Shown here in pieces: positions 48,153 to 57,952 of a stretch of DNA of 64,000 nucleotides. Where the stretch lies: the NCBI GenBank assembly GCA_964655235.1, contig CAZZLX010000001.1, forward strand, positions 1,842-65,841. The letters are read 5' to 3'. Position 1 is the first letter of the stretch. Each line of letters starts with the position of its first letter. The stretch comes from an uncultured Rhizobium sp. (GTDB taxonomy: Bacteria > Pseudomonadota > Alphaproteobacteria > SHVZ01). The notes under the pieces were generated by a model, which ran no database searches, had not been told where the DNA came from, and saw only the letters and a list, made by a program, of their open reading frames with translations. Both the position numbers and the translations under genes were made by a program.

Positions 48153-49853
48153 CGGCATCGCGTCGCGAACTGCATTCTCGATGCTGGCGGCCATGGCGCG
48201 GCCGTCGCATAGAGGCGATGCGCGCATGCGGTCGCGCAGGCTGCCTCTGAGGGCGGCCCGGCCCACATCGTCGGCGGCGAGTGCGACGGCCTTCGCGACG
48301 TAATCGTCCTCGTCGGTCGCGGACAGCTCTGGAAGTCCCAGAACACTGACGAACGCGTGGCTGTAGCGTCCGAGGACGCGGTCCCCCGCCAACGTAATCA
48401 CCGGCACGCCCATCCACATCGCTTCCAGCGTGGTGATCACGCCCCCATACGGCGTAGGGTCGAGCGCGATATCGATATCGGCATAGCTCGCCATGTGCGC
48501 GCCGATATCGGGCGTCGGCAGCCGGAGCTCGACGACGTCGGGCGCGACGCCGGCCCTGGAAAAGAGCGATCTCACCCGCGCCTGGGCTTCCGCCCCGAAG
48601 CCCCCTGCCTTCAGGACCAGGCGCGATCCCGGCACGGCGTTCAGGATCCTTGCCCAGAGACGTATTGTCCGCCCCGAAAGCTTGGCCAGCTGGTTGAAGC
48701 TGCCGAACACCACCCCCCGCGACGGCGCTGCAACCGCGTTCGGCAGATCAGCCAGGGGATCATAGACATAGGCCAGCGGCAGGCGCTCGACCCTCTCGAT
48801 GAACCAATCCTCGGCCCCTTGCGGGATGATCCAGCGATCGCCCAGAACCAGATCCACGGCATCCAGGCCCAGGCTTCCCATCGGCATCCAGTTCACCTGG
48901 AGCCTCCCCGGACGCCTCGCCAGAGCCAGCACCCGCGAGCCCGGCGGATAGCCGAGACTATCGATGACCACATCGATGTCGTCGTCGACGATGGCTGCTG
49001 CGACGGCCTCGTCGGAAAGCCCGGAAACGTCGCGGAACCCGGTCGAGGCGGCACGGAATCTCGCCGTGATCTGATCCTGACGATCCGCCGGAACGTCGGA
49101 ATAGCAGAACGCCTCGATCCGGGCGCGATCATGACCTTCGATCGTCGGCAGCAGTGTAAAGGCAGTGGTGTGGAGAGCGAAACTGCGGCCGGCGAGATAG
49201 CCGATGCGAAGGCGGCGCCCCGTTCCGCTGCGCTTTCGCGATGAGGCTCCGCACGCCGGCAGGGATCGCGCGAAGCGTTCATCGAACTCACGCGCCAACG
49301 CCAGGGACGTTGCCGGTCCAGCCTCTTCCAGCAGGAAGGATGCGCAGATCCGGGCTGCTTGCAGGCGGGGGGTCCGGGGAAGCCGATCCCCCGCGCCGAG
49401 CTTTGCCGCCGCCGGTGCGTCGCCGATCGCCAGGAGTTTGCTGATCGCCAAAAGCGCGATTTCCTCGGATGCCGGCTCCACGGCCAGCGCCCGCCGCGCC
49501 CAGTCGCTCCTTGTTTCGAAAAGGCCGGCGAGCGCCGCCATGCAGGCAGGATCGTCAGGTGCAAGGGCGAGAAGCCGCCGCAGGGGTCGTTGCGTGAGCT
49601 CGCGGCGACCGCCCTGCGTCATCGTCGCCACCAAGGCCCGAAGCGCAGGAATGTCGGCCGGCGCCAGAGCCAAGGTTCGCCTCAGCATCACCTCCGCAAG
49701 CGATGCGTCGGCTTGCCACCAAGTCGCCGCGAGCAGCTGCCAGGACCAGGGGATCGAAGGCTCTCTGACGATGGCGGCCCGTAACGATCGACGCGCCCCG
49801 TCTGTCTTACCTAAAGACAGATGAGCCAGGATGCTCGCTACGATGTCGCTCAT
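48147..49853 (-). CDS. TPR-repeat protein with C-terminal GT41-like domain
   Basis: 568 aa. Motifs: LRIGYLAGRSFALHT, VVFGSFNQLAKLSG, IDIALDPTPYGGVITTLEAMWMGVPVITLAGDRVLGRYSHAFV. Confidence 0.85.
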   Translation of the reverse strand: MSDIVASILAHLSLGKTDGARRSLRAAIVREPSIPWSWQLLAATWWQADASLAEVMLRRTLALAPADIPALRALVATMTQGGRRELTQRPLRRLLALAPDDPACMAALAGLFETRSDWARRALAVEPASEEIALLAISKLLAIGDAPAAAKLGAGDRLPRTPRLQAARICASFLLEEAGPATSLALAREFDERFARSLPACGASSRKRSGTGRRLRIGYLAGRSFALHTTAFTLLPTIEGHDRARIEAFCYSDVPADRQDQITARFRAASTGFRDVSGLSDEAVAAAIVDDDIDVVIDSLGYPPGSRVLALARRPGRLQVNWMPMGSLGLDAVDLVLGDRWIIPQGAEDWFIERVERLPLAYVYDPLADLPNAVAAPSRGVVFGSFNQLAKLSGRTIRLWARILNAVPGSRLVLKAGGFGAEAQARVRSLFSRAGVAPDVVELRLPTPDIGAHMASYADIDIALDPTPYGGVITTLEAMWMGVPVITLAGDRVLGRYSHAFVSVLGLPELSATDEDDYVAKAVALAADDVGRAALRGSLRDRMRASPLCDGRAMAASIENAVRDAMPS

Positions 49854-50109
49854 AAGCGTTCAGACACCAGGGGCCGGAACCGCCCTACGCGCTTCTCTCT
49901 GCTCGAGTCTCTCACCTCATCAAGCGCGGCATTGTTGTTCCGCAATATCCATGGTCGAAGCCGAATTGGGACGGGGTTTAAAGAACCACCTTTCGGCGAG
50001 TTGAGCGATTGAATCCTCTTACCAATAGCGTTTGAATATGCTGACATTTTTTTGCGTCTACGGGAATGCACCTTGACGCTTGTCCCCGCGCCTAAGGGTA
50101 AAACGAAGA

Positions 50110-50721
50110 ATGTTTGCTCTCTCTCCCGGTGCCACTATTTCGACGGATACGCAAGCATCGGGGCCGGTATCTCTAGGAGACGGGGTTGAAATTTTAGCCG
50201 GAGTCCGATTTGGCAAATTCACCCTTGTAAACGCTTGGTCAACAGTCAATGCAGCTGATATCGGGAACTACGTTTCTATCGGTGAATATGTTCGCATTAA
50301 TGTCTTCAATACGCATCCGATCAACTGGCTAAGCACGCATCCTTTTCAAGTCAATGACGCTCACTTCTCAGAGATTCCGGGCTATCGAGACGTTCACCGA
50401 ATTGCTCGAGCCTGGCATCCCGGAACACTTCACATCGGCCACGATGTCTGGATCGGCAGCCACGCCAAGTTACTGAACGCAGTAACCATCGGAACCGGCG
50501 CCGTTGTTGGCGCTGCCGCCGTTGTCGCAGACGACCTTCCGCCGTTCGCTATCGTTGGCGGGGTCCCGGCCAAGGTAATTCGTTACAGGTTCGAACAGCC
50601 AACGATCGCCCGCCTTCTTGCGTCCCGGTGGTGGGATCTTGACCCATGGGACCTAAGTGGTGTGCCGTTCAATGACATCAATCTCGCCCTCGATGAGATA
50701 GAACGAAGGAAAGGCGCATGA
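50110..50721 (+). CDS. Xenobiotic acetyltransferase family (Vat/CatB-type hexapeptide-repeat O-acetyltransferase) in a low-GC island
   Basis: MFALSPG start (ATG 50110). Motifs: HPINWLSTHPF, IGHDVWIGSHAKLL, PPFAIVGGVPAKVIRYRF, SRWWDLDPWDL, matching the VatD/SatA/CatB pattern. GC is about 52% against about 68% for its neighbours; the upstream 250 bp are also AT-rich. Confidence 0.8.
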   Translation: MFALSPGATISTDTQASGPVSLGDGVEILAGVRFGKFTLVNAWSTVNAADIGNYVSIGEYVRINVFNTHPINWLSTHPFQVNDAHFSEIPGYRDVHRIARAWHPGTLHIGHDVWIGSHAKLLNAVTIGTGAVVGAAAVVADDLPPFAIVGGVPAKVIRYRFEQPTIARLLASRWWDLDPWDLSGVPFNDINLALDEIERRKGA

Positions 50722-50766
50722 GGGCACAACCAAGCTTGCCGCGCCTCTGAAGAGCACCACCGAGAT

Positions 50767-52503
50767 TTAGCGCTCTCCGATGATGTTACGAATGGCGGTC
50801 TCGATGGCCGATGCCATCGCGCGACCGTCACCGAGAAGCGATCGTTTCATGCGCGAGCGAAGGTCGCTGCGCAGCGTCTCCCGCCGCAACTCGTCGGCAG
50901 CTAGCGCCTGGGCAGCTGCGACGTAACCATCCTCGTCGGCGACCCCAAGCTCCGGCATCCCGAGGGTATTTACGAACGCATAGCCATAGCGTCCCAGGAT
51001 TCGATCGCCCGCCAAGGTAACCACCGGGACTCCCATCCACATGGCCTCCAGCGACGTAATAACGCCACCATAAGGCGTCGGATCGAGAGCGATGTCGATA
51101 TCGGCATAGCTCGCCAAGTGCTGTTCGAACCCCGCTATCGGAAAGCGAAGCTCGACACGGTCAGCATTGATGCCTTCGCGCTCGAATTGCGCCAAAAGTC
51201 GTTGTGCGGTCTCTTCCGTCGTTAAACCGATCGCCTTGAGCATCAAGCGGGCATGCGGAACCAAACGCAATATTCGCGCCCAAAGACGGATCGTCCGCGT
51301 CGACAGCTTGGCAAGCTGGTTAAAACTCCCGAACACCACGTCGCGCGCTGGCGACGGCGACGGCTCGGGCATCACCACTAGCGGATCGTACATGATGGAG
51401 AGAGGCAACCGCACGACCCGTTCATCAAACCATCGCTCCGCCCCGACGGGAATTGTCCATCGGTCGCCGAAGACCACGTCGACCATACCCGAGCCAACAC
51501 TTCCCATCGACATCCAGTGGACCTGTAGCCGAGCGGGGCGGCGCGCCAGCGCCAGGAGACGAGATCCCTGCGGATAACCCAGGCTATCGATGACGACGTC
51601 TATCTCGTCGTCGGCGATCGCGGCGGCGAATGCCGAGTCGTCGAGGCTTAAGGTGTGCCTGAACCCAGTGGACGCGGCGAAGAAGCGCTCGGTGATCGAA
51701 TCCTGCCGTGACGGCCGCACATCGGAGTAGCAGAAGACTTCGACAGACTCACGATCATGGTGCTCGATTGTCGGCAGCAGCGTAAATGCAGCCGTGTGGA
51801 GCCGAAAGGAGTCACCCGCGACATAGCCGATGCGAAGCTTGCGCCGCCGACGATGAATGTTTGGAGCCCGACCGATACCCAATGGCCGGGCGAAGTGTTC
51901 GTCGAAGGTCCGAACGAGATCGAGAAACTGCGCAGGGCCGGCATCTTCGAGAAGATAGGCCGTACAGATCCGCGCCGCCTGGAGCCGATGATCAGAACCG
52001 TCCGAGACGGAATCAAGAAGCTTGGCCGCCTCTTGCGCCCGGCCCCGGACGAGGAGCTGGGCGTGACGTTCGAGGATCAGATCCACATTGCCTGGATTCA
52101 GCAAAAGGGCCCGCCGGCACCACGACAGGGCCGCGGCGCCGGGCATGTTCGCCAGGTTGGCGAGCGTGGCCGGTTCGTCCGGCTGCACGGCAGCGGCCAT
52201 CCGCAGCCAGCGTAGCGCGGCGATCGGCCTTCCCGACGACTTGAGCGTCGCCGCCAGGGCATTGAGGGCGGACACGTTCAACGGGTCGAGCGCCAGCACC
52301 CGGCGGAGCCAAATCTCGGCGTTTGCCGCGTCGTGCTGCCAGCGCATCGCCGCGAGAAGGTGGAGCGAGGTCCCGAGCCGCGGCTCGTCCGCGGCCAGGC
52401 GGCGCAGGGCCGCTTCCGCCTGGGCGACGCGCCCTTGAGCAAAATCCGCCCACGCCGACGCCAGCTGCGCCTGCGCTGTCTCGCGTCCGGAAGCCGCCGT
52501 CAT
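50767..52503 (-). CDS. TPR-repeat protein with C-terminal GT41-like domain (paralog of 48147..49853)
   Basis: 578 aa, ~75% identical to the 48147..49853 product. Motifs: LRIGYVAGDSFRLHT, VVFGSFNQLAKLST, IDIALDPTPYGGVITSLEAMWMGVPVVTLAGDRILGRYGYAFV. Confidence 0.85.
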   Translation of the reverse strand: MTAASGRETAQAQLASAWADFAQGRVAQAEAALRRLAADEPRLGTSLHLLAAMRWQHDAANAEIWLRRVLALDPLNVSALNALAATLKSSGRPIAALRWLRMAAAVQPDEPATLANLANMPGAAALSWCRRALLLNPGNVDLILERHAQLLVRGRAQEAAKLLDSVSDGSDHRLQAARICTAYLLEDAGPAQFLDLVRTFDEHFARPLGIGRAPNIHRRRRKLRIGYVAGDSFRLHTAAFTLLPTIEHHDRESVEVFCYSDVRPSRQDSITERFFAASTGFRHTLSLDDSAFAAAIADDEIDVVIDSLGYPQGSRLLALARRPARLQVHWMSMGSVGSGMVDVVFGDRWTIPVGAERWFDERVVRLPLSIMYDPLVVMPEPSPSPARDVVFGSFNQLAKLSTRTIRLWARILRLVPHARLMLKAIGLTTEETAQRLLAQFEREGINADRVELRFPIAGFEQHLASYADIDIALDPTPYGGVITSLEAMWMGVPVVTLAGDRILGRYGYAFVNTLGMPELGVADEDGYVAAAQALAADELRRETLRSDLRSRMKRSLLGDGRAMASAIETAIRNIIGER

Positions 52504-52513
52504 GAGCTGGCGT

Positions 52514-53302
52514 TCAGAATCCGGAGAAGCGGGTCAGCGCCACGGTCGAACCATTCGGCAGGATGATCGATCCCGCCGTCGTGCTCGAGAAGGTCGCCGT
52601 GATCTGCCCGGGGGTCGAGGTCCTGGAGGGTGTGGTGTAGGCGCCTGCCAGCGTCGGGCCGCCGCCATACTCCTCGAGCGTCGCCGTCATCGTCGGCCTG
52701 AGGCCGAAAGGACCGAAGACCAGGCTGCCGGTCGCCGTGTACCAGCGGCTGGTGCCGTCGCTTTCGTACATCATCAGCAGCATGAAGAGCTGGTTGCCCT
52801 GCACCTCGATGAAGTAGCCGCGGCCGGGCTCGTTCGCGTTCCACCACCACCCCGTCTCCGGAGCCCCGGATGGCCGCCCGATCGTCGCGCCGCTGCCGAC
52901 GAATTCGTAGCGCTTCAGCGCGAGCGACTGGGCGCCCGGAAGGATGATGGACGCGTCGGTTGCCGACGTCGTCGTGAACGAGAGGGTCCCGACGGCGATC
53001 GTCGAGGTCGGAGCGCGCGCCGCGCCCGACAGCGTCTGGCCGCCCGCATACTCGTACAGGTCGCCCGAGAACACGCTCGACGAGAACAGCGACCCGACCG
53101 ACGAGTACCAGGGCGAGGTTCCCCCTGAGCGATATCCAAGCACCCCGATCAGCGCCCGGGAGCCGCTGACCTCGACGATGTAGCCCCGTCCGGGCTGGCT
53201 GGTGCTCCACCAGACGCCGGTCGAGATCTGCGCCTGTGCCTGGACGGCCCAGAGCCCGAGAAGCAGGCAAGCCAGGAGCTGGAAGACGCGGTGTTTCATC
53301 AT
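52514..53302 (-). CDS. Secreted protein with two tandem ~120-aa repeats of an unknown domain
   Basis: ATG at 53302/53299 gives MMKHRVFQLLACLLLGLWAVQAQA|Q, a signal peptide. Repeats: TGVWWSTSQPGRGYIVEVSG...GTSPWYSSVGSL and ETGWWWNANEPGRGYFIEVQG...GTSRWYTATGSL, joined by T/S-rich linkers. 11 bp upstream of, and co-oriented with, the GT41 gene. Confidence 0.7.
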   Translation of the reverse strand: MMKHRVFQLLACLLLGLWAVQAQAQISTGVWWSTSQPGRGYIVEVSGSRALIGVLGYRSGGTSPWYSSVGSLFSSSVFSGDLYEYAGGQTLSGAARAPTSTIAVGTLSFTTTSATDASIILPGAQSLALKRYEFVGSGATIGRPSGAPETGWWWNANEPGRGYFIEVQGNQLFMLLMMYESDGTSRWYTATGSLVFGPFGLRPTMTATLEEYGGGPTLAGAYTTPSRTSTPGQITATFSSTTAGSIILPNGSTVALTRFSGF

Positions 53303-53401
53303 GGTGCGATGATATCGCATTTCGCGTGTCCGTTCTTTCGGCGCTTGTTCCCGACTGCCGGCCCTTGGCACACTGGAGGTCCCCCACCCATCGGATTCGC
53401 C

Positions 53402-54559
53402 ATGCGACTGACGTCGCGAGGAACACTCTACTCGATCCTCGAAGGACCGGACCGGACCAGCCTAAGGATCGAGGGCGGGGCGGCGCGCGGAACGGCCATC
53501 GTGGCCATCTCCCGGGACGCCGCCCGGGCGGACGACGACGCGCGGTTGCTGCGTGCCCACAGCATCTTCTGGGAATCGCGGGAGATCTATCGCACCCTTC
53601 TGGATCTTGGCTTTCATGTCGATGTGATCGACCTGGGGGCGCAGCTCCCGGCGGGCGGCGGCCCCTATGCTGTATCCCTGACGCTTCATTTCCAGCTTCT
53701 GATGGTCGAGGCCGCGCTCGCCCCGAACGCGATCCGCATCACCTGGCTGACGGGCTCCCATCCTCGCGTCCAGAACGCACGCGAGATCGCGCGCATCCGT
53801 GCGCTCGAGCAACGGCGGGACTGCGTCTATGAACCAAAGCGTCAGCGCGATCACGTCGATGCCGAGCTCGAAGCTATCGACCGTTCCGATCACTGCGTGC
53901 TCGTCGGCAACGCCGTCACGCTCGACACCTATCCCCGACGCTGGCATCCCAAGATGCGGTTGTTCGACGTGTCGGCGGCCAATGTCGGCTACGTCAAATC
54001 CGACGACATGCTCGCGCCGGCGGAGCGGGAGTTCGTCTGGTTCTCGGCCAGCGGAGCCGTCTTGAAGGGCCTCGATCTTCTTCTCGAACTCTTCTCGAGC
54101 CGCGATCTGCCGACGCTGCATGTCGTCGGCTCGCTCGATGGGGAAGAGGATTTTCGCAACATCTATCATGCGGAACTGAGTGGACACCCCCGCATCCGCT
54201 ATCACGGGTTCCTCCACGGCAACGACCCGGCACTCGCCGAGGTCTTCCGGCGCAGCGTCTCGGTTCTGCATCCCAGCGCCTCCGAAGGGATGGCGGGCTC
54301 AGTCGCGCACTGCCTCAAGGTCGGCCTCTATCCCGTGATCAGCCGGTCCTCCGGCATCGACCTCCCGCCCGGCTGCGGCCGGATACTGGACGGAAGCACG
54401 CTCGAGGAGATCGAAATCGCGGTGACCGATGTGCTGGCCATGCCCGATGCAGAGCTTCGTCGACAGATCTCGGCGCTGCAGTCGATGGCGGAGGAACGTT
54501 TCTCACGACAGGCATATACGCGCCGCCTGCGCGAGGTGCTCGGCGAGTTCCTTTCCTGA
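53402..54559 (+). CDS. Glycosyltransferase, GT4-like (group 1)
   Basis: ATG at 53402 (MRLTSRG). The C-terminus HPSASEGMAGSVAHCLKVGLYPVISRSSGID has an E-x7-E-like motif and a GT-B-like layout. Confidence 0.65.
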   Translation: MRLTSRGTLYSILEGPDRTSLRIEGGAARGTAIVAISRDAARADDDARLLRAHSIFWESREIYRTLLDLGFHVDVIDLGAQLPAGGGPYAVSLTLHFQLLMVEAALAPNAIRITWLTGSHPRVQNAREIARIRALEQRRDCVYEPKRQRDHVDAELEAIDRSDHCVLVGNAVTLDTYPRRWHPKMRLFDVSAANVGYVKSDDMLAPAEREFVWFSASGAVLKGLDLLLELFSSRDLPTLHVVGSLDGEEDFRNIYHAELSGHPRIRYHGFLHGNDPALAEVFRRSVSVLHPSASEGMAGSVAHCLKVGLYPVISRSSGIDLPPGCGRILDGSTLEEIEIAVTDVLAMPDAELRRQISALQSMAEERFSRQAYTRRLREVLGEFLS

Positions 54560-54609
54560 CGGCGGATCGCTTCCACCGCCGATACAGGACTGCTAAGTCT
54601 CAACCGTTC

Positions 54610-55374
54610 ATGACCACCGTCGCGATCATCCAGGCGCGCATGCGCTCGACCCGCCTTCCGGGGAAGGTCCTGGCCGACCTCGGCGGCAAACCGGTGCTCC
54701 AATGGGTCGCCGATGCCGCCCGGGCCATTCCCGGCGTCGACGAGGCGATCGTCGCGACCTCCACCGGTGCGGATGACGATGCCGTCGCGGCCTGGGGAGC
54801 GCGGTCCGCCGTCCGCATCTTCCGGGGCGACGAAGATGACGTTCTCGGACGCTTCGCCGGGGCCGCCCATCTCGGCAAGGCCGATCTGATCGTCAGGGTC
54901 ACTGCCGACTGTCCGCTGCTCGATCCCGTCGAGGCAGGGAAGGTCGTCGCGGCGGTCGCCGGCGGGGACGCGGACTACGCCTGCAACAACGACCCGCCGA
55001 CCTATCCCGACGGGCTCGACTGTGAGGCCTTCACCCGCGCCGCGCTCGATCGGGCCGCGGCCGAAGCGCGCCGGCCCAGCGAACGCGAGCACGTCACTCT
55101 CTTCATCCGCGAGCCCAAGAACGGCTTCCGCCGCATCAACATCCGTTGTCCGCATGGCGATCTCAGCGGCGAGCGATGGACCTTGGATACGCCCGAGGAT
55201 CTCGCCTTGCTCCGCGCCATCGCGCCCAGCCTCAGCGGTACGCGACCGCCGCGGCTGACCGAGGTGCTGGCGGCGATCGACCGGTCCCCGGAGCTCCGAT
55301 GCATCAATGGCGGCATCGTCCGCAACGAAGGGCTGATCAAGTCGCTGGCGCGCGACCGCGCCCAGGGCTTCTGA
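54610..55374 (+). CDS. Nonulosonic-acid cytidylyltransferase, SpsF/FlmC-type (PseF-like)
   Basis: MTTVAIIQARMRSTRLPGKVLADLGGKPVLQWV is the SpsF/FlmC acylneuraminate cytidylyltransferase family N-terminal signature. 254 aa. Confidence 0.8.
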   Translation: MTTVAIIQARMRSTRLPGKVLADLGGKPVLQWVADAARAIPGVDEAIVATSTGADDDAVAAWGARSAVRIFRGDEDDVLGRFAGAAHLGKADLIVRVTADCPLLDPVEAGKVVAAVAGGDADYACNNDPPTYPDGLDCEAFTRAALDRAAAEARRPSEREHVTLFIREPKNGFRRINIRCPHGDLSGERWTLDTPEDLALLRAIAPSLSGTRPPRLTEVLAAIDRSPELRCINGGIVRNEGLIKSLARDRAQGF

Positions 55375-55378
55375 CGCC

Positions 55379-56254
55379 GTGCAGTGCCTTGTTCTCGGCG
55401 CGACCGGCCTCCTTGGGCAAGCCTTCGTGACGACGGGCCTGGCCCGGGGCCACAGGATGACCGCAGCCGCCCGCCGCGGCGCCGCGCTCCCGATCGACGC
55501 GACCGACGACGATGCCCTGGTCCGGGCGATCGACGGGCTTCGTCCCGATGCCGTGATCAACTGCACCAGCTACGGCTCGCTCGAAGCCTGCGCCAAGGAC
55601 CCCGGAGCGGCATACCGGATCAACGCACGTCTCAACGCGCGCCTGGCCGAGCTCTGCCGCGCTGCCGACGCCCTGCTTGTGGCCATCGGGACGGATCACT
55701 ATTTCACCGGCGACGGGGCCGCCAGGCATGACGAGCTTGCCGATATCCGGCTCCTAAACGACTATGCCGTCGGAAAATATGCCGGCGAGCAATTGGCGCT
55801 TACCTGGCGGCGTTGCCTCGCCGTACGGACCAACGTTACCGGCTTTCGCGGATGGGCCGGCCAGCCCACCTTCGTCGAGTGGGCGTGCGAAAGCCTGCGG
55901 GCCGGCGCACCGATCGAGCTCTTCGACGACTATTATTGCTCCACCATCGACTCGGGCAGCCTGGCGCTGGCCGTGATCGAGATGATGGAGCGGGGAGTCA
56001 CTGGGTTGTTCAATGTCGCCTGCCGTGAGGTCGCGTCGAAGCGCCGTTTCGTGCTCGCCCTCGCCGACCGCCTGTCGCTTCCGGGACATCACCTGCGCAC
56101 CGGATCGGTGAGGTCGCTGTCGGTCCCGCGCGCCGAGAGCGCCGGTCTCGACGTCGCCAAGGCCGAGGCCGCCCTCGGCCGGCCGCTCCCGGGCTTCGAC
56201 GCGGTGATCGGCACGCTGGCGAACCAGGCTCGTGCCGCGGCAGGACGCGCATGA
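55379..56254 (+). CDS. RmlD-like NAD(P)-dependent sugar-nucleotide reductase/epimerase
   Basis: GTG start. LVLGATGLLGQAF Rossmann motif, followed by …DATDDDALVRAIDGLRPDAVINCTSY…, as in the RmlD substrate-binding family. 291 aa. Confidence 0.75.
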   Translation: MQCLVLGATGLLGQAFVTTGLARGHRMTAAARRGAALPIDATDDDALVRAIDGLRPDAVINCTSYGSLEACAKDPGAAYRINARLNARLAELCRAADALLVAIGTDHYFTGDGAARHDELADIRLLNDYAVGKYAGEQLALTWRRCLAVRTNVTGFRGWAGQPTFVEWACESLRAGAPIELFDDYYCSTIDSGSLALAVIEMMERGVTGLFNVACREVASKRRFVLALADRLSLPGHHLRTGSVRSLSVPRAESAGLDVAKAEAALGRPLPGFDAVIGTLANQARAAAGRA

Positions 56255-57942
56255 TCATCCTCGGCGTTTCCTTCCTCAGCGACGCCTCCGCCGTCGTTCT
56301 TCGCGACGGACGGCTGGTCGCGGCCATCGCCGAGGAACGTCTCAATCGCGTCAAGCAGTGGAACGGCATCCCGCACGGCGCGATCGCCAAGGTGCTGGCG
56401 ATGGCCGGGATCACGCTCGACCAGGTCGACGTGGTCGCGACCCACGGCGCCGCGCCGTCCGAGCCGCCCTCCGAACCCTATCGCGAGAAGGAGCGTGCGA
56501 TCCGCGCCGCCGGCCTTCCTGCCGATCTGGCGGAAAGCCAGCTCAAGCGGCTGGCCGAGCGCGAAGGGCACGAGCGGCGCGTCCTTGCCGAACGGACGCC
56601 CGGCTATCTGGCCGAGGTGCGGGCGCTCGGCCGGCCGCTCGATGTCCATGGCCACCATGAGTCCCACGCCGCGACCGCCCTGATCGGGCGCGGCGCTGGC
56701 GACGGCTGGATCGTGACGCTGGACGGATGGGGCGAGGACGGCTCCGGCACCGTCTGGAAGACCGATGGCGCCCGCATGGAGCGTGTCGCCTTCTCCAATA
56801 CCTTCGACTCCCTCGGCTATTTCTACGGCGCCGTCACCAAGGCGCTGGGATTCATCCCCCACCGCCACGAGGGCAAGGTGCTCGGCCTCGCGGCCTACTG
56901 CCAGCAGCCGCAGTCGTTCCGCGAGCTTCGCTCGATGATCGACTACGACCCCGGCCGCTTCCGCTTCCTCGGGCGCATGGAGCGAGGCCTCTATGTGCCC
57001 CGCATGGAGAACCCGCTGCTGTCGGCGCTCGTCGCCCGCCTGCCCCGCGAGGACATCGCCGCCGGAACCCAGCAGAGCCTCGAACAGGTCGTCTCCGAGC
57101 TGATTGACGATTTCGGTCCCGGCGCGCACAAGATCATGGTGGCCGGCGGCGTCTTCGCCAATGTGAAGCTCAACCAGCGGATCGCCGAACGGCCGAACGT
57201 CACCGACGTCTACGTCTTTCCCAACATGGGGGACGGTGGCCTCGCGGCAGGGGCCGCCTGGCTCAGCCACCTGCAGCGCGTCGGCACGACGCCCGAGCGG
57301 TTCGAGACGGCGCTGCTCGGCCCGGCGCCGACCGAAGCCGAGGTGCTGCACGAGCTCAAGAGCAGCGGCCTCGCCTACACACGCCCGGCCGACATGGAGG
57401 ATCGCGTCGCCGAGCTGCTGGCATCCAATCATGTCGTGGCGCGCTGCGCCGGCCCGATGGAGTACGGACCCCGCGCGCTCGGCAACCGCAGCATCCTCTA
57501 TCACGGCTCCGATCCGGGCGTGAACGACTGGCTGAACCGCCGGCTCAAGCGCTCCGAGTTCATGCCGTTCGCGCCGGCGACGCTGGCCGAGGCAGCGGCA
57601 GAGCGCTACATCGGCCTGGAGAAGGCGCGCGAGACCGCGAAGTTCATGGCGATCACCTTCGCCTGCACCAAGGTCATGCAGGACGAGGCGCCGGCGGCCG
57701 TCCATGTCGACGGCACGGCACGCCCGCAGGTCGTGGATCCCGTCAGCTACCCGGCCTTCCACAAGATCCTCACCGCCTATCGGCGCAGGACCGGCCGGGC
57801 CTCGGTGATCAACACCAGCTTCAACATGCACGAGGAACCGATCGTCTGCTCGGCCGCGGACGCCATGCGGGCGTTCCGGGCGAGCGACCTCCCCTACCTC
57901 GTCCTCGGCGACTATCTTGTGTCGTCGCCGTCCGCCGCCTGA
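56251..57942 (+). CDS. Carbamoyltransferase (NodU/CmcH family)
   Basis: 563 aa. MIILGVSFLSDASAVVL..., HHESHAATA metal motif, and a C-terminal domain ...FMPFAPATL...SVINTSFNMHEEPIVCS. ATGA overlap with the upstream gene. Confidence 0.85.
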   Translation: MIILGVSFLSDASAVVLRDGRLVAAIAEERLNRVKQWNGIPHGAIAKVLAMAGITLDQVDVVATHGAAPSEPPSEPYREKERAIRAAGLPADLAESQLKRLAEREGHERRVLAERTPGYLAEVRALGRPLDVHGHHESHAATALIGRGAGDGWIVTLDGWGEDGSGTVWKTDGARMERVAFSNTFDSLGYFYGAVTKALGFIPHRHEGKVLGLAAYCQQPQSFRELRSMIDYDPGRFRFLGRMERGLYVPRMENPLLSALVARLPREDIAAGTQQSLEQVVSELIDDFGPGAHKIMVAGGVFANVKLNQRIAERPNVTDVYVFPNMGDGGLAAGAAWLSHLQRVGTTPERFETALLGPAPTEAEVLHELKSSGLAYTRPADMEDRVAELLASNHVVARCAGPMEYGPRALGNRSILYHGSDPGVNDWLNRRLKRSEFMPFAPATLAEAAAERYIGLEKARETAKFMAITFACTKVMQDEAPAAVHVDGTARPQVVDPVSYPAFHKILTAYRRRTGRASVINTSFNMHEEPIVCSAADAMRAFRASDLPYLVLGDYLVSSPSAA

Positions 57943-57952
57943 GACCGAAATC

